DNA of 63,806 bases, counting the filler, from Rhabdomonas costata (lineage: Eukaryota): the NCBI GenBank assembly GCA_019059605.1. It is 21 parts of 21 records of this genome, joined end to end, with 100 filler letters (N's around TTAATTAATTAA, not from the genome) between each part and the next. Parts side by side here need not be neighbours in the genome. Positions count along the whole stretch, not along the records: positions 24,383 to 27,327 come from JAHMHO010001686.1; positions 27,428 to 30,371 come from JAHMHO010001687.1; positions 30,472 to 33,414 come from JAHMHO010001688.1; positions 33,515 to 36,458 come from JAHMHO010001689.1; positions 36,559 to 39,497 come from JAHMHO010001690.1; 16 more parts are not named here. One strand, 5' to 3'. A program made the translations under genes and the position numbers. Below, piece by piece: positions 24,465 to 36,797 of this stretch; the first letter of the stretch is position 1, and each line of letters opens with the position of its first letter. The notes beneath the pieces were generated by a model. That model searched no databases and had not been told where the DNA came from. It was given only the letters and a program-made list of their open reading frames with translations.

Positions 24465-25098
24465 GACCCAAGGGGTTCACCCTGGCGAAGGTGGAGAAGG
24501 TCGTTCACCCCTCGCTGCTTGCCCGGTTTGCAGCCGGCCATGCCTACGAGGTGAGCTCGGCACACCCGTATCTATGCACTCCCCTTTTTGGCTGACCCGC
24601 AACGCAGCCGGTATATCAGACCAAGCGTCTCACGTTCAACTCATTTCGTCTTCAACGCGCTTCTTCTTCCTTTTTTTTACAGAGCTCCCTTGAGGTGGCC
24701 AACATGCTGTGGCACGGCTCCAAGGACCCCATGGGTGTGGTCTCCACTGGCTTCCGCATTGCAGGCTTCTCGAGAGGTATTCACAATGTTGTTCTTCGTG
24801 CTGACATCCTCCATCCCCGTACCTGCTCTGCTCAGGAGTTGCCTGCTTCCCTCCTTTCCTCCTTTACACTTCTTTTGGGCTCACAGACAACAGCGTGTGG
24901 TTTCACAATGAGGCGAGCTACGCCTTCATCTATAACGGCTCAGTGCTGCTTCTGGCTGCAGTGCGGCCGGGGATGTCCTACGCCGATGGCCGCCACCAGT
25001 GCTTTGCGGAGACGGACATGTACCCCGCCTACCTGGTGGGTTACCGCATCGCGAGCTCCACTTCACAGCTGAATGCCAGCGATGCCACAGGGCCCTAG
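24465..25098 (+). CDS. PARP-like ADP-ribosyltransferase domain, last 3 exons (24465-24550, 24683-24776, 24887-25098)
   Basis: Spliced FTLAKVEKVVHPSLLARF...ANMLWHGSKDPMGVVSTGF...SVWFHNEASYA...VLLLAAVRPG...DMYPAYLVGY. The order LxHGS, xxF, SY, LLxxVxxG, YPxYLxxY is that of the PARP catalytic fold. Confidence 0.72.
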
Positions 25099-26146
25099 CG
25101 GCACCCTCCATCCCTTGCTCCCCTCCCTCCCATTGCCCCCAGCATTCTGATGTTCAGACTGCGCTGTGTGCTCTCGTGGTCCTTCTTTCCATGTGGAGTG
25201 GGGGGAGGTTTTCGCCTGCCCTGCGTACTTCAGGCTCCAAAGGTGTTACGGCGCTGTACAGGTTTTGTTAATACCCATGTGATCTCCTCTGTCGTGCAAC
25301 CTGCGTGTTCTGTGATGTGTGTGTCTGTTGTTGAACCCCAGAGCCTTGTTTCTGTTGTACCACCACCCTTCTTCTTCTTCTTCTTCGCTGCCCGTTCTTG
25401 CTCGTGCAGTGAACCCTTGTCTCCTGACACACTGGCTGGATGTGAGTGAAGCTTTCTTCCCTTTAGTCCGTGGGGGGGATCTCAAGGGATGCTATCGCGA
25501 ATCCAGGTTTCTCTCTGTCTGCTGCCAGGCGCACGAGACAGAATCGAAATGACCCCTTCATACTTCGCGCGGGAGCGTTGTTTGGACACCGACCCACTTT
25601 TTGGTGTGTAGCTGCCAAGTTCGCTTCTCCGACGAAAGAAAAGGATGCGGTGTCTGGGCAGCTGGAGGAACGGAGTAACCCCCCCCCCTTCCTTCCTTTA
25701 GGCCGCCAGGAAAAGGAAGGAAATAAAAAAGAGTGCTGGAAAAGAAAGGGTCCGAAAAAGCTGCACCTAAGTCCTTCCGTTGCAACACTGGCTGTTTCTC
25801 GGCCAACCTGACATTTGTCCGGGAAAGTGGGAGGGAGTGTCACGTATACCCAAAGGATCCCATCGATTTGACGGATATTATTTTCTCCCCTGCACGAATG
25901 TCATTTCTTGCCCTTCTTGCTCTCCTTTGTCCCACGCCGCCGTCACTTTATCGGTCTATCGAATTCATCGCGTTCCGGACTGACCATTTATGTTTCATTT
26001 GGGGGACTGCGCGCTTTTTGCTTTGTTCCTAGTGACTTCTTTCTGATTGCGTGCGTGGGCGCCCGACCTCCCGGGCGACCCCCAAGGCCGACAGCGTAGA
26101 AAAGGGTCAGCGGTGTAGATAGATCCCCTCCCTCCTTCCTCCCTCT

Positions 26147-27019
26147 ATGGGTCCCAATGGTGGGGATTTTGACGGGGAGGAGGCCTGCACGCAGCTTTTG
26201 CTGAAGCTTCGTGGTGCCTTCCCCCAGGGGCAGGGGCACAGCCGGCGGTGCTCCTCCCTTCCTCCCGGCAGCAGGGCTCCCTCCAGCCCGTGCTGCGCGG
26301 GCCACGGCCTCGAGGTGGAACAGACTCGAAGGTAGCTCATAGTTCCGAATCCCACAACCGCCGCCCTTACTACCGGAGGAAGGCTGGAATCTATTTTTAG
26401 AAGTAGGGACTCTGCTGCAGCTAATTGGACATTGGAAGTTGCGATGCTCTGGCGGAAACTGTGGGGAACCACGGAATCCAGTTTTGGCAAAGCTCATGCG
26501 TTTTTGCGATAGTTTGCAGTGATCGCTATTGTCTACCCTTTTCGTGATTCCGTCATCCCCGCTGAACATTTATGTGCACATCCCACCAGCGCATTTCCTC
26601 GGAACTTAGAGTTCTTCCCGGTAGTTAAACAACGCTGAAAATGATGGAGAGCCTCTACCTGTCCACCCGTTACCCGTCCACACCAAAGTTCAAAGTTCAG
26701 CTACTTTTGCGTACTTGCTCCAGTCTCCTTTGCACCTCTGGACCCTATATTCAATCTATCCGCACCACGCTGATACCTTGACCCATTACTCCAATAAGCC
26801 ATTCCGCTGCATTCACGACCATTTGGACACATCATCACTTGACTGACCTTGAGCCTTGAACCACTGTAAACAATGTGTGGGGCAGTGTCCCTTCACGCTT
26901 GGGGATTGCTCAGTGATCTCGTTGAGTGCGTGGAGATGGGCCAGCGGTTGCTGATGCAGGTTGCCGAGCTCCAGGCCGAGCGGGACTCCATTCAGAGCGC
27001 TTACGAATCCGAAAGAAAG
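26147..27019 (+). CDS. Unidentified protein, two 5' exons, coiled-coil
   Basis: ATG at 26147. A phase-2 GT-AG join gives ...GLEVEQTRS/DLVECVEMGQRLLMQVAELQAERDSIQSAYESERK, ending at a GT donor. Confidence 0.5.
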
Positions 27020-27673
27020 GTTCATGAAAGGAAGGGGCTGCAGTACCTCCGTTTTGTGGTGCCCTGCTTTGGCAGGGCTTCAATGGGTTTCACAAATGGG
27101 GTACAGATCCGCACTGAGCAAACCGCTTTTCTGAAAGTGTGCCCGCATCTCCCCGCGCATTCTGATACGCGAGGTGCCAACTCGTGAAATGCGCGCGTTT
27201 TTTGGCTTTTTATTTCTGACTGTTTTTTTTCCTGTCGTTGCGATTTTTTCATCGTTGTCTTCGATGATCATCAGAATTCTGATTTGCTACCAACCTCAGT
27301 GCAGTTTTGATCTGTATCCACCACACCNNNNNNNNNNNNNNNNNNNNNNNNNNNNNNNNNNNNNNNNNNNNTTAATTAATTAANNNNNNNNNNNNNNNNN
27401 NNNNNNNNNNNNNNNNNNNNNNNNNNNTTTTTGGTGTGAAATGCCGCAGTGGTTTTCCACACCAGATTGAATTCTCCTGCTTTTCACCCGCAGATTGGCT
27501 TAAATGGCATAACGGTTAATCCATTTGCGTCTTGCCGCTGTTTTTCTTCAAATTAATGTGACCCTCTCTTCCCATGATTTAATTACGGACTGTGTTACTT
27601 GCTGACCGACTTCACGCTCCGCGCTGGTGTGAGGACTCTGGAGAAGTCTTGAGGAGTTGCCTCACCTGGCCCA

Positions 27674-30023
27674 ATGGATTTGGATGACTTGCTGCGCAAT
27701 CCGGAGCCGCTATCTCAGGCAATGCCTTCGGGGCAGTACTACAGCCTACGCGTTGTCGGCGACGACGGTGGCCCAGACATGGGGGTTTCCTGCCAAAAGC
27801 TCCTCGAGGCAATCGAGCTTCGGTGGAAATACCGTTCCCCCAAAAGCGCGTGCCCCACGCACTCCCCTGTGGTCCCACCTCCGACAGGGGAGTCTTCTGC
27901 TGCTGCTGCTCGACCGGAGGCGGGGGCTGAGTGCAAGGCTGCGACAGAGGAGGATAGGGATGGCGGGCCGTCCCCTGACTCGACAGAAGGCCTCTCCAGT
28001 CCGACGAGGCCGCTTCCCCCGTTTGAGATGGTTGAGGGGGTGGTGCTCTACCCCGGCCAGAAGGTGAAGCCCCAGCCCTACTCCGTGTACTTCGTCGACT
28101 TCAACCAGCTTCAGGTTGGGGAAACCAACACCGCCCCTCAAATCTGCCCTTTCAATCGACCTGCCCATGTTCAGCTCTTTCAGGGTTTTGCCTTAGTCAG
28201 TTAGTGTTCAGATGCATTTCCATTTCAAATGCATTTTCACTCGTCTGAGAAAGAAGATATTCCAAACTTTTCCAGAAAAATTAATACGTAACGTTTTGAA
28301 AAGTTTTCAATATCTGACAGTCATCTATTTTTTCGAGCTCATCGAATTTCAATTTTTAATGGAAGGTCGAAGAACACGAATAACTGAATTCTATACTTGC
28401 GGGGGGGAAGTTTGCATTTCCTTGTAGATTCGGGCCAGAATATATCATTCCTTGCCCCTCCCACCCTGCTTTGAGGCAGTTCCAAAACAGCGAATTCCAG
28501 CTTGATCTCGGGAGGGTCATTCTCGAGGAAGTGGGGAAGCGCCCGCTCTGCTCCTTATTTTCCGCAGGCCATTGTCGAGGACGGACCCTGCCGGTCAAGT
28601 TGCCGCAGCCGCCTAACCATCCTCGAGCATAAGTACACGATGTACATGAACCTGAACTACGAGCTGGAGGAAAGGTTGATTGCACCAGTTTTTGCTCCTT
28701 ATTGCTCGGTTGTATGCGGAGCACCAGTCGGAGCTGCGAAAGCTGCGATTGAGACACACGTCAGTAGTCAGCAGGGGTTTCGGCAGTTTTAAACAGGTCC
28801 AGCTGCTGCTCTTTGTATCCTGTGTCTCAAGCATCCTAGGTTTCACAGTTTGGCCTTTCGTTGTGTCCCTAAACCTGAATCCCACCATTGAGAAAGTTCT
28901 ACGCGAGGGTGTGCCTGTTCTTAGGTGCTCCAACCTCTCTTCTGGGGGAGGGATCTACACCACTCACAAGGTCGACAACAGTGTCCGCCTCTCTACAGCG
29001 ATGTTCGCTCGGGACCTCCTCAGCTTCATTATCGACAAGGTGGGCCCATTCTGGAAGCCTCCTTGCTAGCCCGCTTTGTTACTTCTTTGCGACTTCGGGG
29101 GGCTTGCATCCGTCATTCGGGTCTAATTCACTGCATTGCGATGCCACAGAGCTCAGCCTGCCTCGTGAGCTTGTTCTCTCACTGTCAGCAACGTTTGCTT
29201 CCTCGTCTGCGCACATATAGTCATGCGTTAGGAGTATTTACGTCACCAAAGGGCAACAGATGTGTTATTCAGCATATTCATCATTGCACTCTTTCTTTTT
29301 TTTTAGTCTTGTCGCCGGCTGGCACACAGTGAGCATACATTGCGATTTCCGCTTTGTGGCTTTGTGCCAGGTGCACAGTGGAATTGTTGTTCTGATACAC
29401 TTGACGTTTTTATGGACATACCTGTGTTTGTATGCCAAGGAGCGATTTTTAAGACTGATCGACGCGCCTTGCCGTTTCCACGTCTCCTGTGCTGTTGCGC
29501 CTCAGGCCGTGAACCACGGCGAGGACATCGTGGGAGCGACCCCCGAGGGGGAGCCCTTGTCGCTGGCACACTTCCTGGAGCAGCGCGGGATCCCTGACCC
29601 TGCGCGGCAACTTACCGTGGAGAGCATCGGCTTGCAGCCCGACACCAATGAGAGGTTTGACCGGTTCGACATCTTCAGTAAGAAGACCACCCGGGGAGGG
29701 CCCACCAGCGTGGACCTCCTGACGCTCTTCCTGAAGAGGGACGGAGTGTTCATAAAAGGCAGGTTTGCGGAGCTGCTTTTCTCTGCGAGGTTGATCCCGG
29801 CAGCGATGCGAGGCGCATGGCGGGGTTCACCTTCGAACTGCTTTCCGAAGGTAAACGCCATTGAACCGATAGACAGAGACCGTTCGAAAAACCCGCTAAC
29901 CCCGTTCTACTAACCAGGGTGTTGGTTAAGTGTTGTTATATGCTCACAGGTACTATGGGGAGCTGTGCAGGCAGCTGCTTGTCCGCGATCAGCGGAAGCG
30001 GCCCTTCGAGGCAACGGAGTATG
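27674..30023 (+). CDS. AMP-deaminase-like protein, N-terminal 5 exons (27674-28114, 28568-28674, 28925-29039, 29506-29762, 29950-30023)
   Basis: Spliced ...EAIELRWKY...FEMVEGVV...YFVDFNQLQ/AIVEDGPCRSSCRSRLTILEHKYTMYMNLNYELEE/...HKVDNSVRLSTAMFARDLLSFI.../...LTVESIGL...FDRFDIFSKK...LFLKRD...IKGR/YYGEL. This is collinear with eukaryotic AMPD (GPxxSxCxxRL, KVD, FxRFDxFxxK, FLKxDNxIxGxYxxE). Confidence 0.9.
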
Positions 30024-32964
30024 GTTGTGTTGAAGTTCCTTAAAGAAATTGGTGGAGAACGAGGAGTAAAGAGCGTTTGGCTTGTCAGGAGTTTAGGTTC
30101 CACTCGATGCGGTCGATGCTGTTTTGATGCGGTCCTTTGTTGTGGTAAGGTTTCATGCTGTGAGGTTGGACCACTGTGTGTTGTACCTTTTTGACCCTTA
30201 TTAAATGGTCAGGGAGGGGGTTCTGGGGGCGGTTTCCTGTCGGAGGCCTCAATCCTGGGGATCTGGATGGCCCAGCGGTTGGAGGGCGAGGACAGCCCGT
30301 GCGTTTTGACCTGCGAGTGGGAAAGAGACGGGAACGTAGAGGCGCGGACAACCCGGCCAATGAGAATTCAANNNNNNNNNNNNNNNNNNNNNNNNNNNNN
30401 NNNNNNNNNNNNNNNTTAATTAATTAANNNNNNNNNNNNNNNNNNNNNNNNNNNNNNNNNNNNNNNNNNNNGGTGGGTGGGATGTCAAGCCCTGTAAGGC
30501 AAATGATTTCTGCACACCATGGTATGGCTGTACCGTAGCGGAAGTTTCAAGGCTAAAGCTGCTCCTTTTTGATCCCTGGCTGTGCTGTTGATTGCCTTCG
30601 TGATCTTTTGTACTGTAAATGCGGTGATGCTCATTCTCTACATCACACTCTAATCCTTACGCATGATGGCTGCCAGAACCCAAATTTGCAGAATGTCCAA
30701 AGTGGAGCCTCCAAGGTAGACAATCCTACTACGGAAGCGAAGTGACCCAGAGTTTTTGCATCTCAGCGAATTCCTGGTAAGTACATAAATTTGTGCAGAG
30801 AGTTGCAAATATGATGAAGTCGCCTGCGCTTGCACTGATTACGGCGGGTGGTGTATCGCGGATGTAAAGATCAGATCCGACTCTAAAACGTCAGTATGAC
30901 TAAAAGCGCCCTTTCTACGAGAAGATCTCGTCACGATGTCCAGACTCAGTTCTTATGACAGAAAGTAAAATGGCGTGCACGCTGTTAATTCTGCTTGTGT
31001 CACAGCTGTCACAACTGGAATCGGCAGGTCCTCACACTGTTGTACCGGCCTTGTTTGTAGGTTGTGGTTCCGGACCAACAAAATGAGCGAAAGGGATTCT
31101 GGTCAAATGTGGTTGTCATGGGAGTCCCAAGCCCCCTATAGCAATTTGGGTTGCTTTTAAGGATTTCTGATGGTGACGTGGTACGGCATTAAATGCATTG
31201 GGATGTGCCGCTGGTGCTTTCGAGGTAATCCACTGTGACATCCCGCTTACTCTGACGCACCCGGCCCGCTTACCAACGAGCTTCCGCTCCCCAAGTACGG
31301 CTGCGCTTGGAAATTCGTAATCCAAGATCAAACCGTGACAATCCCTAAAAGGTCCGCAGACGGACAAATTTTGGTACCATACTATTGGTTTGGTCTCGGC
31401 GTCGACAAAAAACAGTAATGACACTTTGAATAGAAGCACCTGGGATGATAAGTACTTTCCAGGAATGCGCCTGCGCATTCAAGTGCGTGCTGCCTTTCCC
31501 TTTCTGAGGGTCCTGGATTTTTAGCATTTCTTTTTCATCCAGGGTTTGCAAGCAAAGGAGGGCAGAATTTTCCAGAATTTTTGTCAACGTTACCAGCGTC
31601 TTATGAAATGTGCTGTTACAGAAACCGACTCGAGCATACAAACGACCACAAGGCTGCAATATTGCAATTCGAAATAAGGAACCAGAAAAACCGGAACGCA
31701 TTACAAGAAAAGCGCCTTTTCAAGATAGGGACAAGGAAGTTCCGGGATCTGATGTTACGGCGGGTCTCGAAAATGAAGTCGGAGGTAGTTTTGAATCATT
31801 CGAACACAATGCACAGGAAGCGTTGCACAAGAAGGGAAATAGGCGCAATGATTCGAACGCCTTTGGCGGTATATTTGCTTTGTACAAGGAAACTCATGGC
31901 AATTCGGGCGGGTGGTGCGCGCCGAGAAAGTTCAGACATCAGGAAAAGTTCGAAAATGAACGCGGTAAACTCCCTTGGCGCTCCTTGCCGCGCAGTGCCA
32001 CCATTTCATGTGAGTGTTCCTGCCGTCCATTGGGGCCCCAATCCCCGCTGATGAGCAGATGATGGGCGCGGACGCGCGGCAGAGACAGAGTGAACGGCAC
32101 CGGGCATGCACAAAAAGCTCCGGGTAGGAGCGCGTCAGTGCGAGTGTTGAAATCACCAGAGAAGGATGAGATTAATTGAAATTGGTTCAATGAAGTGACG
32201 CCTAACAATGTCCCTGGAAGTGCAAAGTGAGGGAAATTGTTCTGTTACACGGCGTTCACAGACGTACAGATAACTGCAGTTTTGTAGTGCGCATACTCTC
32301 AACCATGAAGAGAGTAATAATGCACACTTTGTTGAATACTCCCACACTCACCCCTGTCCTTCCCCCCTGTGCACATCAGGGGTCACAGGAAGGGGTTCCA
32401 AAGAGTGGGAAGTGGATCCTTGACAACTCCCACCATCTCCACCGCGAGTGCTCTCCGTCCGTCTGATTGGAACTAGTGCTGGGGGTAAGGTACAACTCTG
32501 TGGGGGGACACCAGCACAAGTAGGCGGAGACCTTGAACCATCCTTCAGCTCACCAGTTGTATTGTGCAATAGAGTATTTTTGGGTACACGCCTGAAGGAC
32601 AGGCGCTGAGAAATCTGAGAGACACGCAACACAGATGAGAGTACTCTGCAGAGAGGCAGGGAAGGGCTGGTCAGAAAACCATTTTTTGCAAGAGAAACAG
32701 GCATTGGGTAAAAAGACCACAGCCTGCACGAACATCCAACACTATGCGTGTCCCCGGCACTTGATTCGCAGTGTTCAGCTAATGCTGGTCAGAGGAAACC
32801 TTTGCATACGGGGACAGCATCAGCTTAAGAATCTTCGGGATAAGAAAACTCGAGCGGACAACGTCAGATCCAAAAGGTCCCAATATGCGCCTGGTGGCAC
32901 TACTCGACCGAAGCTATACAACCAAGCAGCTGCTAATGATCACAAAACAACACCACATAACTAC

Positions 32965-33164
32965 CGAGAATAGAGCTCTGCGCCGCAACGAGCTGATCCG
33001 CTTATCCGCCATCGTGCGAACACGCTCCCGAAGCTCAGGAAACTCGTCGCACGCTACCTCGAAGTCCCGCAGATCCAGCCGGAACACCGTTACCGCCGTC
33101 GCCGCCCGCACGGTGGCCGTGCGGCGGATGTTGTGCACCAGGGCAACCTCCCCAAACCACGCAC
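32965..33164 (-). CDS. Cyclic-nucleotide-binding domain exon (CNG/KCNH-like channel C-terminus)
   Basis: GAWFGEVALVHNIRRTATVRAATAVTVFRLDLRDFEVACDEFPELRERV contains the FGExAL...RTATVRA phosphate-binding cassette; AG/GT-bounded. Confidence 0.9.
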
Positions 33165-33931
33165 CTGAGGATGTGCGATACCAGCTATAAGCTCAAACGC
33201 CATCGGAAAACAAACAAAAACTCCAATAAAACGCGAACATCCAGGCACACAAGACCAGTGCTTTCAACATACCATTATCGATCAGCGATCCATTTTCTGG
33301 TGATTGCAACGGTTCTATAACACTAAAAGCGCAAACCTTCGTTCAGTACTTTCACCGCGACCTCCGTTGTACGGCCCTCGGGCCTCACTAACAACCCTAA
33401 ACACACCCAATACANNNNNNNNNNNNNNNNNNNNNNNNNNNNNNNNNNNNNNNNNNNNTTAATTAATTAANNNNNNNNNNNNNNNNNNNNNNNNNNNNNN
33501 NNNNNNNNNNNNNNTTGTGGGCGGTTTTTTGGCGGTGCGCTTACCTGTAAGTGGAAATGGGGGGGGGAGAGCTGTCGGGCGCAGTACAATTATTGTGATG
33601 AGGGAAGGCAATGGAAGACATGGGAGCGGGGTGCTCGCAAATTGTGTTTGATAGAATTTAGCAAACTGGCGTGACAGGCAGAAAGTGGGCCGCGGCTGAG
33701 GGAGCGGGGACGTGCAAAATTAATCAATAACGACGTCTCAGATAATGTCTGACTCAGACGTCGTCGGCCCGTGGGCGGTATGCAAGGCTCCGAATCTCTC
33801 TCCCATTCTTGGCGGTCTGAAAAGTGAATGCCATCAAGCAATCATCAATCTCCTGGGCAGGCCTTGTGGTAATCTCCCGGCAACTGCCACACCCAAGCTC
33901 CAATCGCCACCAGCGAAGCGCGCGTCCCCCC

Positions 33932-34657
33932 CTACCCCGACGCGCCCAATCCCGCGAATGGAGCCAACGCGGGACGGCAGAGCAGGCAGCGCCACACCAG
34001 CCACTCCATCTCCTGCCTCAGGGTGCTCAGGTCCTCCTCGGAGTCCACGGGGACGTCATCCTCCAGGGCAACCCCCTCGCCCTGTCCACCAGAAGGGGGC
34101 ACGGCTTCGGTGGAAATGGGTATCCTGAGAGGAAACAAAGGCAGCAGCGAGCCAAAGACGGGGATAAAACCCGAGAGAGGGCACCCCGCAGCCGGAGACC
34201 ACAAGAAGGGAACACCAACACGCCCAGTGCTGTGCAGAAAGGCTGCTGCTTTACCAAAGGGTGCACAACCAGCACTTCCCCTGGTTTTGCTTGGAGTCAT
34301 TTTTTTCTGGAATCTCCCCAAAATAGGCAAAGCTTCAATCGCGGCTATGGCTCTTTAAGTGGGTGCTGACCACCCCTCACCCCCACCAAATGGAGTTGCT
34401 AAGGAAAATCCCACGCCAAAGGAAGTCGTCACAAATTATAGCAGACACACAGCAAACGTTTCGTGTTTCTTGACAAGACCGACCGAGACCTGCAGGTATT
34501 CCGCAGGAAGGTCAAGAAGCCAGCCATCGTGCGGGGGCCAGTGTACTCCACAACCTCATTGCGAAGAGCGGTGACCAGATAGATGGTGGGATACCCAGGC
34601 ACCTCAAATTCCGCCGGGGGGTCGTTTTGCGTGGCATCCATTGTTGCGATTACCACC
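33932..34657 (-). CDS. Protein disulfide isomerase/thioredoxin-fold protein, C-terminal exons (34657-34490, 34124-~33932)
   Basis: VVIATMDATQNDPPAEFEVPGYPTIYLV...VEYTGPRTMAGFLTFL matches the PDI a' domain motif VIAKMDATxND...VxGFPTIY...YxGxRT. The CxxC exon is not visible. Confidence 0.85.
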
Positions 34658-35795
34658 CTGATGGTAAGGAGAGAACCCGACACAGCACTCCAGAAATTCG
34701 GCCGATTCCATACGGCACAAAAGGCGTGGAAGGGCCGCGTGTTCCCGTCCCCCCTCCCACAGCTGCTAGCTGAAGTCATCCCTCCCTTGGATGGGAGGAG
34801 CTCCCTCGAGAGACATCAAGGCGACGCAGGTGACGGTTTGCCTTCAGGAGGACCTCATCGTTTATCGGATCGTGAACTTCCATGGGTGTTCTGGAGGTTC
34901 GGGTGGTGGTGGCAACAGTCACCAGTGTAACAGTTTTCTTCGGAAGCATATATAAAAGTGGTTACAGGCCCACCGTCACGTTCCCACCCCAGACGACGTC
35001 TCCGGCAGAGACACTGGCTTGCTTTCGCGTTGCTGGCCTTCGCCCTAAACCAAAAACTCTCCCCCTCGTGCGCCCATTTCCCAGCCACTGGCAAGTTCCT
35101 AGCCAGCAGAAGTTTTGAGCTGTTGATAAAACAGCACTGGCAACGACTACCATTTCATTTCGATTGTGCTGGCATGTTTTATTTGACCGTTTTTAAATGA
35201 ACTCGGCTTGGGATGATTCTGAAGTGTGTGCGTGTGTGATTTTTTTGTGTTTCCACACGCGCCCGCGCGTGCGAAGACAAGGAAGCAAAGGGGGAAACAA
35301 ACGTGCACAATACAGCAACAGTGAAGAGCGTCAGGCACGGTCGGTTGCTGTCCCCGGTCCACACACACAAGACGTCTCCACATTACGGTGACCCCTTTTC
35401 CCAGCCCGACCTCCTCACTGAATCCCGTGCTGATCAGTTTGAAAAGCAGCAAATATACATTTTCTCGCTTTTCTTTCGCAGGACCTTTCCAGTGCTTTGG
35501 CGAAAGTTCGGCATGCCTCCGTGGTTGGGACTCTTCCACCGCTGCTGAAGATCTCGCAGTACGTCTCCCCGTCTGCTCAGGGCCTGTCAGGTCACTCATC
35601 TTTCCCTGTGATTCTTGTATCGGGTGCCCCGAGTTAAACTCACAATGTGCACCTTCTGAATGTCTTCATTGGTTCAGCGGATCGTAGGCCGTCACTGCCT
35701 AATTATTGGGAGAGTTCAGTTGGAGATGGGGTCTTCGTTTACCGAGACCCCCCACACACAAACACTCATACGGCTTATCCCCCCCTCCCTCTCCG

Positions 35796-35837
35796 CTCCA
35801 GTTCCAGTTCCAGTTCCAGTTCCAGTTCCAGTTCCAG
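35796..35837 (+). repeat. (TTCCAG)n hexanucleotide microsatellite
   Basis: About 7 tandem units read directly. Confidence 0.95.
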
Positions 35838-36797
35838 AACAATCGAACCCGCCGACACCCTACTTCCACTCTCTGCCCTCTCCTCCTTCTCTGCCCTGCA
35901 CGTCCGCATGTCACTCTGTTGCACAGCTCACATCCAATGTGGAAGCAGAAGCACATTTTTTTGTTCTTTTTCGCAGTTGAATTGCCCAAAATCCTGATGC
36001 CTCCTTTCCGAATGATTTGTCAGAAAAGGGGGCTTTACCAAGCTTCCCATCACTTCCAAAGCAACCCGACGCCACGGCCGCATTCGCCTACCCATGGATA
36101 TGCGGACGACACACAAATTGCTGGTTTAAAAGAAAAGTCAACTCAGCGAAATGATGCATCTTCGTTAACCCCATTCAGTGTGTATCAGGGAGGGGCTCCC
36201 ACGGGGCAGAAAACCGAGGTGAGTAGAGGAAACCCAAACCCTTGCCCTTGCTTTGGCAACGTCCTCCTTGCTGCGCCCTTTTATGGGGGTATTTCTTTTC
36301 TGCAGACGGGGGAGGTTCGAGCTCCTCGGAGTTCTGCGATTTGAGCCGCCGATCCAGTGTAATGTTTTCGAGCCCGAGCCGTGGCTGCATCAGTCCCCCC
36401 AGCCCAACCTCCGCCTCCTCCAGCACCGCTATTCCTCCCCTTGAGTTCCCCACAACCCNNNNNNNNNNNNNNNNNNNNNNNNNNNNNNNNNNNNNNNNNN
36501 NNTTAATTAATTAANNNNNNNNNNNNNNNNNNNNNNNNNNNNNNNNNNNNNNNNNNNNAAGTAAAAAGAAGAGATTAAGTGGAGGGAAAGGGGTGAAAGG
36601 AAAGAGCCGTTCGGGTAAAAAGGCGGCCTGCCGTGGGATGTGTGGGATGGGGGCCCAGTGGCCAGTGTAAATGTGAAGTAGAAGGGGAGGTTTGTGGACT
36701 TCGCAGAAAGCAAAGAACTGTGCCGGACTTGGGCTGTGTCTTTTTCGGCGCTGCTTTGTGTGCGAGTGAGTTTGTGTATGTGTGTTTCTACGTAAAG

